Shown here: positions 23,941-25,711 of the stretch, one piece after another | Layout of the letters: every line of letters starts with the position of its first letter | How positions within the stretch are numbered: position 1 is the first letter of the stretch | NCBI GenBank assembly: GCA_964014485.1 | Contig: CAXHAT010000115.1 | Span: 1 to 25,711, forward strand | Length of the DNA stretch: 25,711 nt | Direction: 5' to 3' | Source: an uncultured Deferribacteres bacterium | Lineage (GTDB): Bacteria; Zhuqueibacterota; Zhuqueibacteria; Zhuqueibacterales; Geothermadaptataceae | Notes under the pieces: model-generated | What the model was told of the DNA's origin: nothing | The model's input: the letters and a program-made list of their open reading frames with translations, nothing else | Databases searched by the model: none | Program-made: the position numbers and the translations under genes

Positions 23941-25545
23941 ATGCTTAAACGTGTTTTATTCACATGTCTCGTGCTTTTGAGCGGCCAATCGCTGATTTTT
24001 TGCCAAAAAGCCCAGCCTGTCGCGCCGACTGCTCAAGGCGAATCTTTTAGCTGCGCGTTCGGCGTCGATCCGAGCAGCTTTTCGCCTTTCCCGGACGGGA
24101 ATTTGTACATCGCCGAAACCGACAAATCCCAGACTCCCTACGAAACCTATCTCTACCCAAATCAATCAAACGAGATGCCCGCCGCTCATCGTCGCAAGGG
24201 CGAAGAAATCGCCGCGACGATTCTGCCGCTCGACAAAGACGGTAATGTTGATCTGAAAAAAGGCAAGATTCTCATTGTCGCCGAAGGCATGTCGAATATG
24301 CGTGATGAGATGGAGCAGTTTGAAAAGCGCTATATGAGCGACAATGCCGAGCTGAACCCGAAAGTTGAATTCACGAGCGAGGCGGAAGGCGGATGTGATC
24401 TGGTTTGCTGGATTGGAAAAGGAACGAAAGGCAAAAACAAGCAAGTGCAAATCGTGATGATGAAGCACAGCAACAATCGCCCGCAACTGCCGGACGGTTC
24501 GCCAAAACGCGCCAACGCTTTTTTTCGCACAAAGGAAGACAAATTCTTTCCGAATCATGCGATGGTGACGAAGAATATGCTCAAGGAACGGCTGCATAAT
24601 TTGAAGGAAATTTACCCGAATTTGAAGCAGGTTTATATCACCAGTCGTTCGTTTGGCGGCTATTCCTGCAACAAAGACTATCGCGAACCTGTGGGCTATG
24701 AAGAGAATTTTTCGGTAAAATGGTTGATCGAAGATCAGGTGACGGGCGCTGATCCAGATTTGGCCTTTGAAGGCCCTGATGCGCCTGCGCCCTGGATCGC
24801 TTGGGGACCATTTCTTTGGGATTCAAATTGGGATCGGAGCTATTTCAGCGACGACGGCACGCATCCTTCGAAAAAAGGTTCGAACGCCGTCGCGGATTTG
24901 TGGTACGAATCTTTGTCGGCGCAAAGCACTTCCCGAAACTGGTTTATGAAAGACGCAGCCACTTCCGTCGCTTTGAAAAGCTTTCAGGCGACTCCTGCGG
25001 AACAAGGCGTGCGATTGACCTGGGCGACGACGCGAGAAACGAATCATTTCGGGTTTGAAATCCAGCGTCGGGAAAGCGGCGTGAGTGAAGAAAGCTGGCG
25101 AAAACTTGCTTTTCTTCCGGCGGAAACGCAAAACGAATCTGGCGACGTCTACGAATATTTTGACGCAAGCCCGCTTGCAGGCGCTAACGAATACCGGCTC
25201 ATTCAGCACGACGCTAACGGCGAAACGACGAACCTCGGCGTTCTCACGGCGAACTTTGATCTGCCGCAAACGATGGCGCTTTCGCAAAACTATCCGAACC
25301 CGTTTTCTAAAATAACCGAAATCTCATTTTTTACCCCGAACAACGGCGGCGCGCAACTGACGATTTACAATCTGCTTGGTCAGGAAGTGCGACGTTATGA
25401 AATTTCAAAAGCGGTCAACGGCTTTCAAACGGTACGCTGGGACGGCCGAGATCAAAAGGGCCTTCGCGCACCGAACGGCGTTTATGTCTATCGTCTCGTG
25501 GCCAACGGCGCCGTGCGGACGAAGTCGTTGTTGTTGATGGAATGA
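23941..25545 (+). CDS. Secreted protein: SGNH-hydrolase-like domain, Ig-like domain and C-terminal FlgD-Ig/T9SS-type-A-like sorting domain
   Basis: Signal peptide MLKRVLFTCLVLL. GMSN and DGTHP resemble SGNH blocks I and V. Also V.L.SF.A...L.W.T..E.N..GF.I.R and LSQNYPNPF...IYNLLGQ...WDGRD. ATG 23941 has GGAG upstream (alternative 23926). Confidence 0.72.
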   Translation: MLKRVLFTCLVLLSGQSLIFCQKAQPVAPTAQGESFSCAFGVDPSSFSPFPDGNLYIAETDKSQTPYETYLYPNQSNEMPAAHRRKGEEIAATILPLDKDGNVDLKKGKILIVAEGMSNMRDEMEQFEKRYMSDNAELNPKVEFTSEAEGGCDLVCWIGKGTKGKNKQVQIVMMKHSNNRPQLPDGSPKRANAFFRTKEDKFFPNHAMVTKNMLKERLHNLKEIYPNLKQVYITSRSFGGYSCNKDYREPVGYEENFSVKWLIEDQVTGADPDLAFEGPDAPAPWIAWGPFLWDSNWDRSYFSDDGTHPSKKGSNAVADLWYESLSAQSTSRNWFMKDAATSVALKSFQATPAEQGVRLTWATTRETNHFGFEIQRRESGVSEESWRKLAFLPAETQNESGDVYEYFDASPLAGANEYRLIQHDANGETTNLGVLTANFDLPQTMALSQNYPNPFSKITEISFFTPNNGGAQLTIYNLLGQEVRRYEISKAVNGFQTVRWDGRDQKGLRAPNGVYVYRLVANGAVRTKSLLLME

Positions 25546-25560
25546 GTCTGGAAATAGTGA

Positions 25561-25616
25561 GCAGTAAGCAGTAAGCAGTAAGCAGTAAGCAGTAAGCAGT
25601 AAGCAGTAAGCAGTAA
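25561..25616 (+). repeat. Heptamer tandem array (GCAGTAA)x8 with degenerate flanking units (left arm)
   Basis: Read directly. Same unit as 11437-11471. Confidence 0.95.
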
Positions 25617-25649
25617 GGAGTGAACTGTGAACTGAAACAAAGAGTCTCC

Positions 25650-25711
25650 TTACAGTTTACAGTTTACAGTTTACAGTTTACAGTTTACAGTTTACAGTTT
25701 ACAGTTTACAG
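25650..25711 (+). repeat. Heptamer tandem array (TTACAGT)x8+, cut by the window end (right arm)
   Basis: Read directly. Reverse-complement unit ACTGTAA matches GCAGTAA at 5/7 positions. Confidence 0.95.

Overview
Bacterial window of roughly mid-range GC in which all 18 supportable genes lie on the + strand. The C-terminal 'QNYPNPF...YNLLGQ...WDG' domain of the last gene suggests an FCB-group host such as KSB1/Calditrichota; this is an inference. Left part: two APH/choline-kinase-like phosphotransferases (the first lacks the catalytic Asp), a DUF5666-like protein, two MsbA-type ABC exporters and two DUF3179 CxxC proteins. Core: a candidate organohalogen biosynthetic cluster with an acyl-CoA (prolyl-carrier-protein-type) dehydrogenase, a stand-alone adenylation enzyme, a carrier protein, two flavin-dependent halogenases, a methyltransferase-Trm112-like fusion and two AsnB-like ligases lacking the N-terminal glutaminase Cys. 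These are followed by a TauE permease, an alginate-export-type porin and a secreted SGNH-like protein. The intergenic DNA is highly structured: two copies of a composite element carry a dRS3-like REP doublet whose spacer is inverted between the copies, one copy contains a nested 149-bp MITE with a 4-bp target duplication, and four loci carry related 7-bp repeats, mostly as convergent arms directly after stop codons. Family assignments come from motif recognition only; no database searches were run.
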